Assembly: GCF_001194135.2 (NCBI RefSeq)
Contig: NC_068985.1
Coordinates: forward strand, 69,304,085 to 69,368,084
Reading direction: 5' to 3'
Length of the DNA: 64,000 nt
Source: Octopus bimaculoides
Lineage: Eukaryota
In this document: in pieces, positions 25,791 through 41,039 of the stretch
Numbering within the stretch: the stretch's first letter is position 1
Layout of the letters: the number at the start of each line of letters is the position of its first letter
Made by a program: the position numbers and the translations under genes
Notes under the pieces: model-generated
Seen by the model: the letters and a program-made list of their open reading frames with translations, nothing else
What the model was told of the DNA's origin: nothing
Databases searched by the model: none

Positions 25791-26129
25791 CGATGTTTCA
25801 CACAATTTATATAATGTTTAGAAGAGAAAGAAACAGTAAGGTTTCTAATTAACGAAAAGTCATCATACGGACGCACGCCCGGTGAAACCTCTTTAAATTC
25901 ATATGTGATTCATTCATTCGGGCCTTTATCCGATGCACAATGTAGGATATCTTTCAATTTATACAATAAACCTTATACATTTTAAAGTTCATTCTTCCCG
26001 TGACATAAGTTAGAGATATCGACATAAGTTATTGAAATAATTGTTCGTGGAATGGATCTTTCATATTTAAATCCGATGTGTCTGTTTCTATTGGATAGAG
26101 ATTAGAAAATATATCTTGATAACATTTTC

Positions 26130-26757
<628 letters not shown>

Positions 26758-26829
26758 TAATAATAACAATAACAACAACAACAGCATCGAAAAATACCTT
26801 AAAAATGTAACATAATTTATTAGTTTTTA

Positions 26830-28320
26830 TTTTTCACTTTGCTTGGTGATATCACCTCAGTTTTGGCTTTTACTTTTTATTCTTTTCGTTTGATTCTGTT
26901 AACTTTTCATGTGTGTTCTTGTTTGTAAAGTCTTGTAGTTTTCTGGCTATTTTGGTTTATGGGAGGGGGAGAACGAGTAATTTTCTTTTTTCTCTTTCTC
27001 CCAGCCATTCACCCTCATTTACCTTTGTAAATTTGTCAACGGTGCTATTTCTTCCGTCATAACAGTTTCACCTTCCACTATCTCCTCCTGCTGCTCCTCT
27101 TTCCGTTCCATAGTCGTTGAAATAGAAGGTGTGTCTTTGTCTGTCTCCACCATCACCTTCTTCTGCTTCTCCTCCTCTTCCATTCTCTAATACTGCATAC
27201 TGGCCTTCGTCTGGCTTTCTCCCTGTGTCTGAGGTTGTAGGTCCTGGGGAACGTTGTTCTTATGTGTCCCTTTTGCCCATACCCGAAGTACTTTGGTACT
27301 CTGCCCTGAACAGCTACCCTCACTCTTGTATCATTTGGAAGGATGACGAACTCTGGTATGCTATGAACATTTGTTGGTCTGGCCTGGATTGTTGCTCTTA
27401 CGACCCTGCCAAACTAGATCTGGACAATTTTTTTCTTCCATCTCCTATAGTATAAACGTCTATTATGTTGGCGAAGGCCGCCGCCAGGAGCGACATTGGT
27501 TTAATTTCCGGCCGGGTCGAATCCGTTTATCATTATTTTGGTTGTTCTTTTACCGAGATATGACAGCAAAAGAGATAATCCGCTTGTCTGCAGGGTGGTC
27601 GCCGCGTCTATCTTAGCATTGCCCTCAACCACAAACTGCGCCTCCTCCGTTCCGAACTTTCTTCCGCGTTTAACGACGCCAATTTATAAATAACAGGCTT
27701 TAATGTCTTTTCAATTTCCTCTATTGACGCTATCTCTATTTGTCTGGTATTCAAAAATAGCGTCCTATAGACAATTGTTCTTTTCCTAATTCCTTCCATC
27801 ACCTCCTTGCTGGGAGTTAGTCTCACATTGTATTCCTCCCTTGAAGAAATGACTGGAACTTCTCGACTGCCTCGGGCTTGATGTTGTAACATTTCATCCG
27901 TCTCGTTGCCGCCGCCGCATAATCGTCTGTACTTATTTCGGAATCACTTGTGTAGTCCGCCTCATTCTCGATCTCCCAAAGCTCTTAAAATGTGTCGTCA
28001 TCCATTTTGTGTAGGACATCCGACACAAAATGTAAACGCTTCATCCCCAAACGGGGAAACCAAAAGGAAACCGGCCTGTGAAGGCTAACAATGTGTCGCA
28101 AGACGCTAACAGTGTTTAAAGAATTTTTAGAACAAAGGTAATCCCAAAAGGAAAAACTTGCAAGAAAATCGATGGCAATTCAATATTAACACACCGCAAC
28201 ATGGAATCGAACATACCACACTAGACAACTAAAACGCTCTCCTTTTCTTCATTTGGCACCCAGGCCTTAACCTAGAGGTGACAACACAAGGACAGACAGA
28301 ACACCACACTGGGACAAAAA
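26830..28320 (-). mobile_element. L1/Tx1-type LINE 5'UTR + ORF1 (gag-like), no ORF2
   Basis: ORF1 start MDDDTF*ELWEIENEADY at ~28005; KEVMEGIRKRTIVYRTLF; VRVAVQGRVPK followed by a CX2CX4HX4C-spaced knuckle (YFGYGQKGHIRTTF); acidic/basic tail. Confidence 0.7.
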
Positions 28321-28989
28321 ACATAAAATGAATGAAAAAAATGAAGATGTATATAAATATGATAAATTAATGATATGATAGAATGGCTGCATTGAGCCCC
28401 ACTCTCAAGCAGTACAATTTAACACTTAATTTATACAAATAAATCAATCATTCCTACTCTCTTTTCTTTTCTTTTTGTATCGTTCTTTTTTCTTTTTTTT
28501 TCCAAACATTTTAACAGTCTATTTTTCCTCTGCTTTTTTGTTCGAACAGTATCACTTAACGTCTTTTTTAATAAGTCATTCAGAGGCGCTCTTAAATCGT
28601 GCATATTCGGTATGTATTACTGGTAGTGATTTGCAAACCCCTTAAATGCTTTTTACGCTGTAATGTTCGTTGGGGGAGGCATATTTTTATTGCACTCGCC
28701 CTAGCTATTTTATGCCTGGCATAAAAAATTCACACGTTTCTTCGCTAAAACCCATAATCTTTTATTCTTTCGAAGACCTTTTTGATATGCTCTGTATGCT
28801 GATCTTTATATTCACTTTTTATGAGTATGTTGGCAAGTTAGGCTACAGTGAAATCCCAACCTTGGAGCATAATGTTCATAATTTGTTGGAAAGTTCTAGG
28901 TTCTACCTTTATACTAAAGGCGGTTGATTTAAATTTATACAAAAGCTTATGGGTATTTATTTTCAGAATTTTTGATCATTTTTGATCGA

Positions 28990-30230
28990 CTTTTACCTAC
29001 AAATATGCTTCAGATAGATCCAACTTTGAAAAAGTGCTCCTCCTTTCAACTTCGCGAAAATTTCTTTCGGACTTGGTAATGGGTAATTATATGGCATCAA
29101 ACATACTCGGATTTTATTATTATTTTCCATAACATAAACTGTAGGGAACGCCCATTTTGAGTAATCAATCTTTTCAATAACGTCAAACTTTTCAAGTTCA
29201 TCCAATTCATCGTTGACTTGTTTCCACGCTGCCAAATGTACCGTTCTTTTTGGTTTAAATACCGGTATCGGGTTTTCTTTCAGTTTAAACTTCGCCTCCG
29301 TTTTGTCCGCGCTATTTCTTAAATTTATAATCCTCTAGCATTCTTCAGCCGCTGGCTATAGAGTTAATTTCTGGTTCTCTTCTAGTTTTCTTAATATGCG
29401 GAAACATATATCAGCGTCTTTTCTTGCTGTTAACCATTAAACAAAGATTAGACGTTTGAACAAATCCGGGCTTAATTAATTTGATTTGAATTGTTCACAC
29501 TGTCTGTGAAAGGCCGCAGCAAACTCAATTTAAACATTGTCAACAAGTATTGAAAGAGAACTTTTTTTACTGAAAATTCTCGATAAGAATTAACTGTTTC
29601 ATCGAAAGAAATCTCACCTCATTTCTTCGACAGAATATAGTTATAGTATTTTTCGTGTTCGGCAGGGGATAACTTTCTTAAAAGTAGGCCCATCTTCTCG
29701 TCATTTCAACTGTTACATTCTTCATTGGAGTTTTCTTCGTATCTTTTAAAATATGAAGAAAAAGTAGTACTTTCTTTTGGGTTACAAATAAATATTCCCA
29801 TTGCATTTGCTACACTGTCTGACGCGAATGAACCTGAGGTATTTTCAATCTTCTTCAACCTTACATCCAGTAACTGCTGTCGTTGCTGTTGTTGTTGTCG
29901 TTGTTGTTGCAATACGTCTTCCATGTTAAATAATTTTTGTGGGGGTTCCGTACCAAAAAATTAAAGAAGAAAAAAAATTAAACGCCCTACGCAAGATTCG
30001 GATATCTCATCGCCACTTTTATATCCTGCTACATGTGGGTATAGATAAATTATGCAGCGGAGTTTTAATCAAAATGTTTGAACGACGTACTTTGCGAGAC
30101 AACCAAAACGCTCTCTGTCCTCTACTACCGACCTCTACTCTTTATAAGAGTTCGCCTAGTCAATTCTCCAATCCACCATGTGTCAATGACTTTCGCCACA
30201 GCAAAATTACATATGTAATATTACAAAGAG
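28990..30230 (-). mobile_element. Gypsy LTR retrotransposon remnant (possible 5' LTR, gag, start of RT; internally deleted)
   Basis: Gag: TTFSSYFKRYEE...EHEKYYNYIL; RT: KFKLKENPIPVFKPKRTV..QVNDELDELEKFDVIEKIDYSKWAFPTVYV...YNYPLPSPKEIFAKL...DLSEAYL; TGG-initiated PBS-like site at ~29955 upstream of gag. Confidence 0.85.
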
Positions 30231-30239
30231 TTTCCTAGA

Positions 30240-32108
30240 TCTGAAGACTTTTTTAATAGCCATATCTGTGACTCTTACAGACAGGCTTGCCATTTTCATG
30301 ACCTCCTTGAAGATGACACTCAGTGAAATGCGACTCTGGATGAGGCAGTTGTTGCCGGTTCTGTATTTCAGTGGCTAAATCTATTCGCTATAATGCTTCA
30401 AGCTTGTAACATCTCTAACCTTCGCCGACTGTGAGAGAAACACCAGGAACCCTTCTGTGAAGACATTGTTCGCAAATTGCAGAGACAAAATGAAGGCCTT
30501 GCAATCTAGCTGACAGAGGACATCAGGAATGAAGTTCTACGTCTTCTTGAAAACAAGGTCCTTCACTTTGGAGGAAAACCTTGCATGAGTATGCCTTTCC
30601 AAATCCAATAATACAACAACACAGAACAAACCTGAAAATGTTAAGGGAGACATCCTATAACATCAACAATGTCAATGAGGATTTGACCGAGAATGCGCCA
30701 AAGCTTTTGACTAAACAATGCACAGCTTACAATTACATCATACGTATGGCTCAAGAGCAAAGGGGTGGCCTGTTCCTTTTGGAAGCTCCTGTGGGCAATG
30801 GCAAGACCTTTTTGATCAACCTTTTGTTAGAAAAAGTCCTTCTAGATGGGTGTATTGTGTTGGTGGTATCGTCTTCTGGAATCACAGTAACTCTCTTGAC
30901 ATGTGATCGAACACCTAATCCTACTTTCAAGCTTCCCTTGAATTTAGTTTGGACAGAGTGTCCAATTTGCATCATCTGTAAGACACCAGCGAAGGCTAAA
31001 GTCTTGTAGCTGATGTGTTTGATTGGCTGGGATGAATGCACCATATATCACCCGGAACATTTGAAGCTGTTCACCGTAGCCTAAGAGATTTGAAAGGAAC
31101 GGACATTCTCATGGGTGGTCTCACCACCGTAGTTTTGGCTGGTGATTTCAGACAAACCGTTTCTGTGATCGAAAGAGGTACAAAGGCAGATGAGCTATAG
31201 GACTGTCTTAAACAATCATATCTGTGGACAAGTGACTGAACGGCTCATGACAGTTAACATGAGGACCCAGTTATTTGGTGATCAAACTGCTGGGCTGTTT
31301 TCACGTCCGCGTTTGACATACGGAATGGGCAAATACTTTATGTCCAATAAATACAGCAACACAAGCTACTCTGTGGTGAGATGGTACCTACTGTTTTTGA
31401 TCTCAAAATGCATGAGTTTACAAATATTGTACAAAACTTTAGCAAAATTCAGTCGCTATGTGAACGAGCCATCTTAGCTCCTAGTAATGATGGTGTCGAC
31501 AAATCAGGAGCTCTTGCAGCTGTTGCCATGACAAGAACAGTCTTTCAAATCCATTGACACTGTCATTGATCAGGACCAAGCTGTATTATCCACCTCGCCT
31601 CTGCAATGGCACCAGACTGGTGGTGAAAGCGATGCAACTCCTAGAGGCAGGAATTACCACTGGGAAATATAAGAGTGACGATATCTTCATTCAACAGATC
31701 CCGTTAATCCCATCTGACCTCCCGTTTTAATTGAAACGTTTCCACTTCCCAGTGAAACTACGTTTTCCTATGGAGATATAGATATCTCAAGGACAATATC
31801 TCATAGTTGTTGGACTTAACCTTGCTTATCCTTGCTTCGCTCATGGGCAAATATATGTAGGATATTCGCGAGGTGGAAGGCACAAAACTCTTTTTATTTG
31901 GACCTCAATTAAATGGCACACTGAAAACATTGTAAGTTCTACAAAATTAAGATGTGATTTATTTCAGGATTTGTTTTAATAACATTGCTTATACTCACGT
32001 CATTTGATAGAATTTCTCTGAAAATATATTTTTTATCAAAATAAATATATGTATTTCCTTTAACATTCTTTAAACTTCCAAGCAACGCCGGGTACTTACT
32101 TAGACTAG
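30240..32108 (+). mobile_element. Helitron: degenerate PIF1 helicase region plus 3' terminus
   Basis: GGLFLLEAPVGNGKTFLINLLL (Walker A), VSSSGITVTLL...TFKLPL, IGWDEC, LAGDFRQT, LTVNMR, RAILAP, SQGQ...HGQIYVG; ends GCAACGCCGGG...CTAG|T at 32108. Confidence 0.9.
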
Positions 32109-32113
32109 TATAT

Positions 32114-32156
<43 letters not shown>

Positions 32157-32959
32157 CGGGCGCGTATTTGCGTGTATGTATGCATGTATGTATGTAAGTA
32201 TGTACATATGAGTTTGTATATATATATCTATATATCGATGCGTATGCTAATATATACACACGTACGTCAATGAACGTACGTGTGCTAGTTTCAGCTATAA
32301 TTACATGTGTACATTTACTAAATCAACTTCTTTACTCATTATGCTGATAGACCCTGTCTTTTTTAATAAATGGGTGTCCAAGAGAATCTAATGTGTACTT
32401 TGTACTACAGAATAAGAGAATGTTGCATAAAAAAAACGTACGCCTTATGCATTATTTTATCATGGCCCTACTGTAGAATATGAAATTTCCACTACAGAGT
32501 ACGTGGGAATATATTTTATGGATATTTCATGGTTTATATTTCATGTATAGATATAAAGATTGTTCTAAAATCTGAAGTAATGATTAACTTAGAAACGCCC
32601 TGTCTCTCACATGCCCTATCTTTCTTCGAATAAACACAAGATTGAACCATATTCACTCTTGAATTGTCTGCACATTGACAGATCAATATATCTTGTACAT
32701 GGGAATTCAGGAGTATTCAGCCGAATTTGAAGTGCTAAGTTTGAAGTAAATTTTAGAAGACGAAATTTGTATGGAAACAAACGGTAGTATATATACCTTG
32801 AATTGAATACACATGCGAATATTCGTTTGTTTACCAAAGTCAAATCGAAACGTTTAATTGAATTTCTTTTCACTGAAACACAAATAATTGACGATTTAAT
32901 ATATAAACTGTAAACCAGTTACAAGAAGTGAAGATTTTTAGAGTGAGTAAAATGCATAC

Positions 32960-33017
32960 GTATTGCAGATTTGTATATTAACAAACTCTTGCACGTACTC
33001 ACACACACATACACACA

Positions 33018-33052
<35 letters not shown>

Positions 33053-33073
33053 AGTCACACACANNNNNNNNNN

Positions 33074-33134
<61 letters not shown>

Positions 33135-33135
33135 A
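32960..33135. repeat. (CA)n microsatellite with 10-N gap (33064-33073)
   Basis: Direct sequence. Confidence 0.95.
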
Positions 33136-33497
33136 GTTGTGTACAGTCTTAAACGAGCGGTTTTCTGCTACTATTAGACATCATATTAGTTTACTAATCA
33201 CTTTCACTTAGTCATCTTTCATCTTCCGTTTGATACCAATTTTCCGTCTCCTACTATTTCCTGTCTATGTATGAAGCTCCTGTTCTCGTGATTCAGTTGC
33301 ACCCAGTTTCTCAAATACTGAGTATACAAAAGCTACAATCATGTTGCTTAATTTTCCCCTTGTCCAGTTGTCTCGGAAATGAAATTTGCCCGTAGGGCTT
33401 GATTATATTACTCACAACAGTAATCTCAATCACCCAATTCTGTAGATTCTCTCCCTGTCACTTTCTTTCTCTCTCTCTCTCTCTCTCACCCATTTGG

Positions 33498-33573
<76 letters not shown>

Positions 33574-36104
33574 TGTATCACACATATATACATACATATA
33601 TTGTTAGATCAAGTATGTATATGCCTGAATACAAACTCGTAAATAAAAGCAAAAGGACGTACGGATGCTTCATTACGTTTACTTATGAATTATAAATGGT
33701 CGTGAAGCGAATTGCATCATTTGACTCACCTTTGTGTCACATTTTCTATGTATGAATTTCCCTACATAATTGACGTGTGTATGTCACAATCCGTTCATGA
33801 TAATGCTTTATCATTTATGTTTGATTGCGTATTTTTCCTGAAACATATTGATAATTATAGGATATTGTTTATTTATCGAAATTTCTCAGAGGAGGAGGAC
33901 ATCTGGATATCTGAAGTGTAATGGTCTGAAGATGAAACAGTTAATCTTTGTAACCGTATATGTTGAGTTGTATTTTACATCTTAATTTGCACAATATGTA
34001 TTGTCTTATTTATGCGATTTTTATATTCGTTTGAGGGAGAAGTCAACTGTGGAACCACATTTGTCTTTTCTGGTACTACATATTACGTTCTATGTTTGAA
34101 TAAGATCACATTCTTTTGAAGAAAATTTTAAACGAATTCTGGATATTTCACTTAAAAGAATGCAGGTGTCGATTTCATTGAACGCATTTTTATAGCTGCA
34201 CTATATTTAGTCCATTTATGGGCTAAATCACCCGAACCTTTACCGTACCCAAATGGTCTCGAAGTTGTGTTATGAGATGTCTGTAGAGAGAACGCGGTGC
34301 ACTATTTGAGTTTTAGAATATTAATGCCTTTTACGAAATCAATTTTACTTTTTCTCGCTCACTTGTCACTAAATGACCAGTTGCAAGCTTACTATAAATC
34401 ACTTAGAAACTTTTTTATTGAAATAAATGAAACATAATAGAAGAAAATGTCCGGATATATAGACTAGTATTAGTAATCTTCTTCATATATAAACTGGAGC
34501 AGATTCTTTTATCAATACTATAAAGAATAAGGTATACACAGTTGCACTTAAATCAATGTTGTACAGATGCGTATAACCAATTGGGAGTTCTAAGGTGAAT
34601 GCAATTGTCTTAATATGGAAATACTGTAAACTGATATTACAATATACCATGTCGTGGTCTGCGAGTTGAGCTTCTCTTATATATTGAGTATGCAAGAATG
34701 GGCAATAAACGAAGATCTAAAATAAGTTTCTCATTTTGAAGTCAATAGTAGACATGGTGAACTAAATACATAGATGGAAATCTTGACTCCTTTAATCTCA
34801 AGACTAGAAGAATAGCAGAAGCATTTATTTTGACTTAGACATACAAACTAAGTCTATAGAATGAATTGTATTGCGTGCAGTGATATACATATTAAACATT
34901 GAATATATGTATGTAAATGCATATTATTTAGTAGGAAATTTTTTATTCACCCTTTCGTGGATAGCGACGTTTGGATAGAAAGTGTTCTACACTTCATCGG
35001 AATTAAAAATATTCAAATAAATACACGGTTAGAAAATATCCGGCAAACAAAAGAAAACCACCAGAAAATATGTGCTCGAAGAATATGCCTTCAATAAGTA
35101 TTAAGATTATAGTAAATAAGAAATACTATTCTTGAAAATATTACAAACATGATATGTCTATGAAGTGCTGTAGGTTTGGCGGCAGGCAATGTGTGAAGGA
35201 ATGCTATGCTTACACAGTGAAAGAGAAAGAATCATAGCAACAGAGAAGGGGGAGATTGAGGAAGAAGAGCTTCACATATATATGTATGCATGTGTGACAA
35301 GAAATATGTGAAATGGTGTATACAACAGAATAACGATTTAAAAATCTAATTAGCACATGCACATATGCGTAAAGTGTCCACAACACGTATATAAATTATT
35401 GGGAACGATAAATGTTTATTATATTTCAACGTTCGTGTTCAGAATGTAACAAAAACGTGAAAAAACCGCATCCATTTTGTATTAAAAAATACCTCATATA
35501 ATAAACGTTATTTTAAGCACAACATAGTGTGAATCAGAAGAGCTGAATGAAATTTAAATATTAGTAGGTATTATCTGCAATGAGAAAGCATGAGTATATT
35601 TACCATTCTTCCATATATTCGATGTGTGAAAAAAATGAATGTTGAGATTATAGAGGCATCCTTTCACAGTTTGTTAACCACTCCGCAGAGAAGACCTGAT
35701 TTCCATCCCTAGTTAAAGCCATAGAATATTCAGCTGTTAATAAAACAGTTAGAAATCGAATTATTAACGTGGTTGACTTACTACACTATCGTTTATCAAT
35801 CGGAGTCACTAGTAAAGACTGTACTACTTAATGTAATTTAATGATTAATTTCTAATACAGTGTGTCTCTGTAACTATCAACATCGAGAAATAGTGAATAC
35901 GGGTTTAGAGACTAGATATACTAGGAAATAAAATTACATAAGTTAAATTATCTGTCATATGCAAATCCACAAGCGAAAGAAGATATGTGCATAGAAATGC
36001 AATCCGGTATTTGCAAGTGGTAATTTGCGTCAAGCCTCAACCTAGATATAGAAAAGTGTACTGTACCCTTAAATCGGATAGATACATTGTACTGGACAGA
36101 TGTA

Positions 36105-36298
36105 CAGTAACCCTCACCATATCGCGGTTCACCTATCGCGCACCTAGTACATCGTGGATTGATCTAGCTAATATATTTAAATTTCTATCGCAGACTGCTC
36201 AGAATAACGTGAGTCTCTGGGACCGATAGCTATTTATATTTTTCACATAGCGCGGGAGGTTTTGGAACGTCACACCCGCGATAGTCGAGGGATTACTG
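36105..36298. mobile_element. pogo/Tigger-like MITE
   Basis: TA|CAGTAACCCTCACCATATCGCGG ... CCGCGATAGTCGAGGGATTACTG|TA; TA target duplication. Confidence 0.85.
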
Positions 36299-38232
36299 TA
36301 GTCGTTAGAGGTATACACGAGGAGAAGGTATACCGAGACAAACGAGTAGAAGAATATAAAATAGCCAAAGTGATGCTAGCTCAATGCGTAATTAGCAAAG
36401 AAAGGAGAATATTCCCAGTGTTGTGCACCATGAGATTTATGAGCGTGAGGCGTTTAGAATTCGGAAATACTGTTTTACTATATATGAGAAATTATGAAAA
36501 TACAATTGCACTGGTTAATGCAGTCAAATACAGTGGTGCGAAAATAATTACTAAATTGCATATTAAACGCGATCAAATTGTGGGAAAGGGAAAGACACCT
36601 AGTAGTACTTAAAGGATGTTAAACACTTGTGACTATATTTTCTTAAAAGTATTGTAGATAATATGAAAGCAGATACAATAGAACGCCACAAGGAATATTC
36701 GACAGTTTGATGAAAACGGAAACAAACTTATCACACGTTTAGCTAATCATGTTTTAGTTTAACCCGAGAGTAGTCTGATAGAATGCGGATATCATTGAAA
36801 CTACTGCAGCCCTCGATTATGATGTTTATATTTTTGGTCAGAGACAATATTTTCTAATGTGTTCTGTAGTTCACAAATGATAATATAAAAGACTATACCT
36901 GAGGGAATTTACTATTTCGAAATGATTTACAATCCGTTATTGATTTCAAATGAAGATATTCCCAATGTTTCGCTTAGCAAAATCATTGACAACAGCTATG
37001 GATGCAAAACTACAAGTAATTTACCAACTGTAGTTTTATCAATCTGACTGACCAAGAGATAATAACATAGATAACTTAGACAAGAGCTTAGTCAGATGAG
37101 ATACATTTTAATTTTATATTAGCACAGAAAAGAAAGATAACATCTATTTAATGGTACAAGAAGTTGTTGGGTAATGCAAGTCATTGTATCTTATCTCAAC
37201 GACCTTGAGTACCCCATTGTTAGGATAACATGTTCTCCGTTTTGGTCGCCCCTCAGAAAATGGGCATATATGTATCGATTTTGAGAAGCGTGACAGCCAA
37301 GAAGAATTCAAATATTAGCAGAGAGAGAAAGAAACGAGAGCAAGCAGTATGTTAATGCAGGATTTTAGTGTATAGGAAAATGTCAACAATAGCTTGGTTA
37401 TCAACAACCTCTAATATGATTGACCAAATATTAAAAAAGCACCTAAAACAGCAAACAGGAGTTTTATATATTGAGAAAGCATACACTGGAATTTAATTAT
37501 GATCACTGAACTTGTGTAGAAATTCTATACTCTATAAATAATCTAACCTGTGCGCGTACCAATGATATTGTAAGATCTGAGGCAGTTCAACAGACGAAAA
37601 AAAACCCGTCATATTTAAGATATGTAAAGTAACAGTTATCAGGAAGAAGACAAACAAAATGAATATTTTTTTCAATAAGAGAACCTGTAAATTCCAAATT
37701 TGCTACCTAGATAATATAAGTAGATGTGTGTCCTGCGACAAGGTGAACAAAACTGAGGTTACTATAATTCAGTAGGCATATAATTTGCTTCCTTCTTTGC
37801 ATGAGTGCTTCTCTGAATTATCCTTATGTGTATATTGTTGTACGATTGCTAAACATAAACACTGGATAGAATTTCAATAAAATAAGGCGAAAATGCTGCA
37901 CTCTAAGTGTATTCGAAAGGGTGGAATACAGATCGGTTGAGTAAAATGATAGCTTACGAGACATGGATGATGTCGAGAGAAGAAGATACTGCATATATTA
38001 AAATATATAAAGCAATTTAGATGGAGATGTGTGAAAAGCTATCAAAGTACAAACAGCACATGCAGGAAAAACTGATGAAATATTACTCAAAATGCTGGTC
38101 ACCAAATTGACATTATGTATATCATTGTATTTTTCGTTGTATTTTATCTTAATTAGCTATTTAGAAAACAATGCACGATTAATAACGCCGTTACACACCA
38201 TACTGACACCCCCCACACAAAAACACATACAC

Positions 38233-38284
<52 letters not shown>

Positions 38285-39039
38285 GCATGTAAGTATGTAT
38301 GCTATTAGATATGTATGCTTACCTATCTATTTATCAATCTATCTAAATTTATGTGAGAGCGCGTGTGTGTGTTCGCGCGCGTATGTTTGTATATACATCA
38401 TTCGCATATATGTATAAACACATATTTATACATAGCAGATGTATTTAGCATATGTAGAGGATTCACAGGAGATTTTCTATCAGATAACTGTATGACTCAC
38501 GCACACAATAAACACAATTAAATATGGCCGCCATACTAATGAGAACACATATTAATAAAATATGAACAGATTTCCTAGTGGCGCAGTTAATTTGGAATCA
38601 TTTTGAATAAATAATAATGAAATCTGAACTAATACACAATCTTTAATTTGATTTTCGGAAAATTATTCTGACAACTTTTAAATTATATATCATTTTCAAG
38701 TAAAAAGCTCATGCTTATCCTTCCTTCTTTCTCTTTATTTGAAAAAAATTACACGATCTGTCCCTTCGTGTTTCATTTTCATATATTGTGTTTTTTTTAT
38801 TCTACCAATTAAAGGATAAATTAAATAGCTAAAGATCGAAGTAAACGAGCACAGTGATTTGATGTTTAATAAAAAGTTTCATCGTTTGTTTATCGGAGGT
38901 TCATTTATAATTTTTTCGTGTTTTTCTTTTCATAATCTGCTCAATTTTTGCGTCAAATTTAATTATTTTCCGTTGAAAATTAGACGTATCAATGAAAAAT
39001 ATTCATAGATTGATTACTCCTGAATTAGTTTCTCTCTTT

Positions 39040-39372
39040 NNNNNNNNNNNNNNNNNNNNNNNNNNNNNNNNNNNNNNNNNNNNNNNNNNNNNNNNNNNNN
39101 NNNNNNNNNNNNNNNNNNNNNNNNNNNNNNNNNNNNNNNNNNNNNNNNNNNNNNNNNNNNNNNNNNNNNNNNNNNNNNNNNNNNNNNNNNNNNNNNNNNN
39201 NNNNNNNNNNNNNNNNNNNNNNNNNNNNNNNNNNNNNNNNNNNNNNNNNNNNNNNNNNNNNNNNNNNNNNNNNNNNNNNNNNNNNNNNNNNNNNNNNNNN
39301 NNNNNNNNNNNNNNNNNNNNNNNNNNNNNNNNNNNNNNNNNNNNNNNNNNNNNNNNNNNNNNNNNNNNNNNN
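39040..39372. other. Assembly gap (N run)
   Basis: N characters. Confidence 1.
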
Positions 39373-40179
39373 AAGCACAAGCGCAAAAACAAACAGTAAT
39401 TAGCTAAAGGATTCTTTCGAAATCTCGGTCACTTTCTCTCTCGCCCTACCTCTGACCCCTCTCTCTCTCTTTCTCTCTGTCTCTGTCTCTGTATCTGTCT
39501 CTGTCTCTCTCTCTCTCTCTCTCTCTCCCTCTCTCTCTCACCAAATATCAATTTCTGTTTTATGTTTCTTACACTGGTATTTCATTACAGATTTTCTCTC
39601 TGTTGGTCTTATTTGTTTCCTTGCACCTGAATCTCATAGTCTCAGTCCTCTCTCACTCTTTTCTCTCCTCTTAATCTTTCTTAAACAGACACACCCTGCA
39701 TGTATGCATTCTCGAAGAAATTGTATACATGCTAAGAAGCACAGACAGAGATTTATACAAACAAAAATTCTTACGTAGTGGGACGAGGATATACATAAGC
39801 ATTAGCAGAGAGAAAGTGAAAATCACCAAAACACGCAAAGAGAAAAATAGGAAAATATAAAATATAAAAAGCCCAAGGTTGAGATCAATATCCATTAGAA
39901 TTTAATTACACATTTGTTTAAAAGAAAAGGAGGGCCACAATTTTTAATCAAAATAATGAAGATGCTAATTATTTTAATAACATATGCATTCTATATATTT
40001 GAGGTTTATTACTGGCGAAGTATGGAAATAGGTGTGTAGAATATATTTCGTTTGCGTTGATATATTTCATTTAATATGCATACATATTGACGCACAAATA
40101 CCAGTATAGAATATCATATACATATATTTATATTCACTTACATATGTATGTATGTGTATATAGATAAATAGATCGACGT

Positions 40180-40224
<45 letters not shown>

Positions 40225-40269
40225 TAGAGAGGGAGAGACAAAAACAAATCCAGCGATAAAATAAGAAAG

Positions 40270-40322
40270 TAATTAACTGATACTTATTTCATCGACCACG
40301 AAAAGATGAAAGGCAAAGTCTA
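40270..40322 (-). mobile_element. SINE central-domain fragment
   Basis: Reverse complement GACTTTGCCTTTCATCTTTTCGTGGTCGATGAAATAAGTATCAG. Confidence 0.7.
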
Positions 40323-40537
40323 ATTCAGATAAACAAAGAGAGAAGTAAAGAAGATATGAAGACATACAAAGGAAATAAGGAAATACAGTACTGAAAGAGC
40401 GTAGGACCACGAAGCGATACAGCAGTAATGTACAATGAAGGTGAGAGCACCATGAAAAAATATATATAAAAACTATTCTGAAGTTTCTGGTTATAATTTA
40501 TCAAAGAAAGAAAAAAAATATAACAACAACAACAACC

Positions 40538-40595
<58 letters not shown>

Positions 40596-41039
40596 GTTCC
40601 AAACTTTCGACATGTTTGCACGTCTGGTGCCATGTAACATGGAAGTCGGGTGGCGAGATAGAAAGACTGAAAGTGAAGATATAGACTAGTTAAAGTGAAA
40701 GTAGTAGAAACAAGTGTTTAAAAATAAGAGAAAGAATAAATTTCGAGAAACAGAGGGGAAAGAATCGAAGATGAGGGGATAGAAAAGGACACAGTTGAAA
40801 GATTACATTAAACGAGAATAGTTGGGGTGGCTTAAGGGAACGTCATATGTTTGTGTTCGCGTGTATATATATTGAACTCTAGTCAATGGTACAGTGTTTT
40901 TACTCATGTAAAAGTTTAAAAAAAAGTACTTTTGTCTGTCAAGAAATATAATGCATGTGTATCCACGAGAGTCACAAGCATTCTTCCAATATAATACACA
41001 CGTCGTAGTGTGTTGAGCTGGCAGATTCATTTGCACTCC

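Noticed and set aside
25226-25876. 216-aa minus-strand ORF, the longest gap-free ORF
   Set aside because: Antisense shadow of the purine-rich Tx1 ORF1 fragment; no recognisable protein
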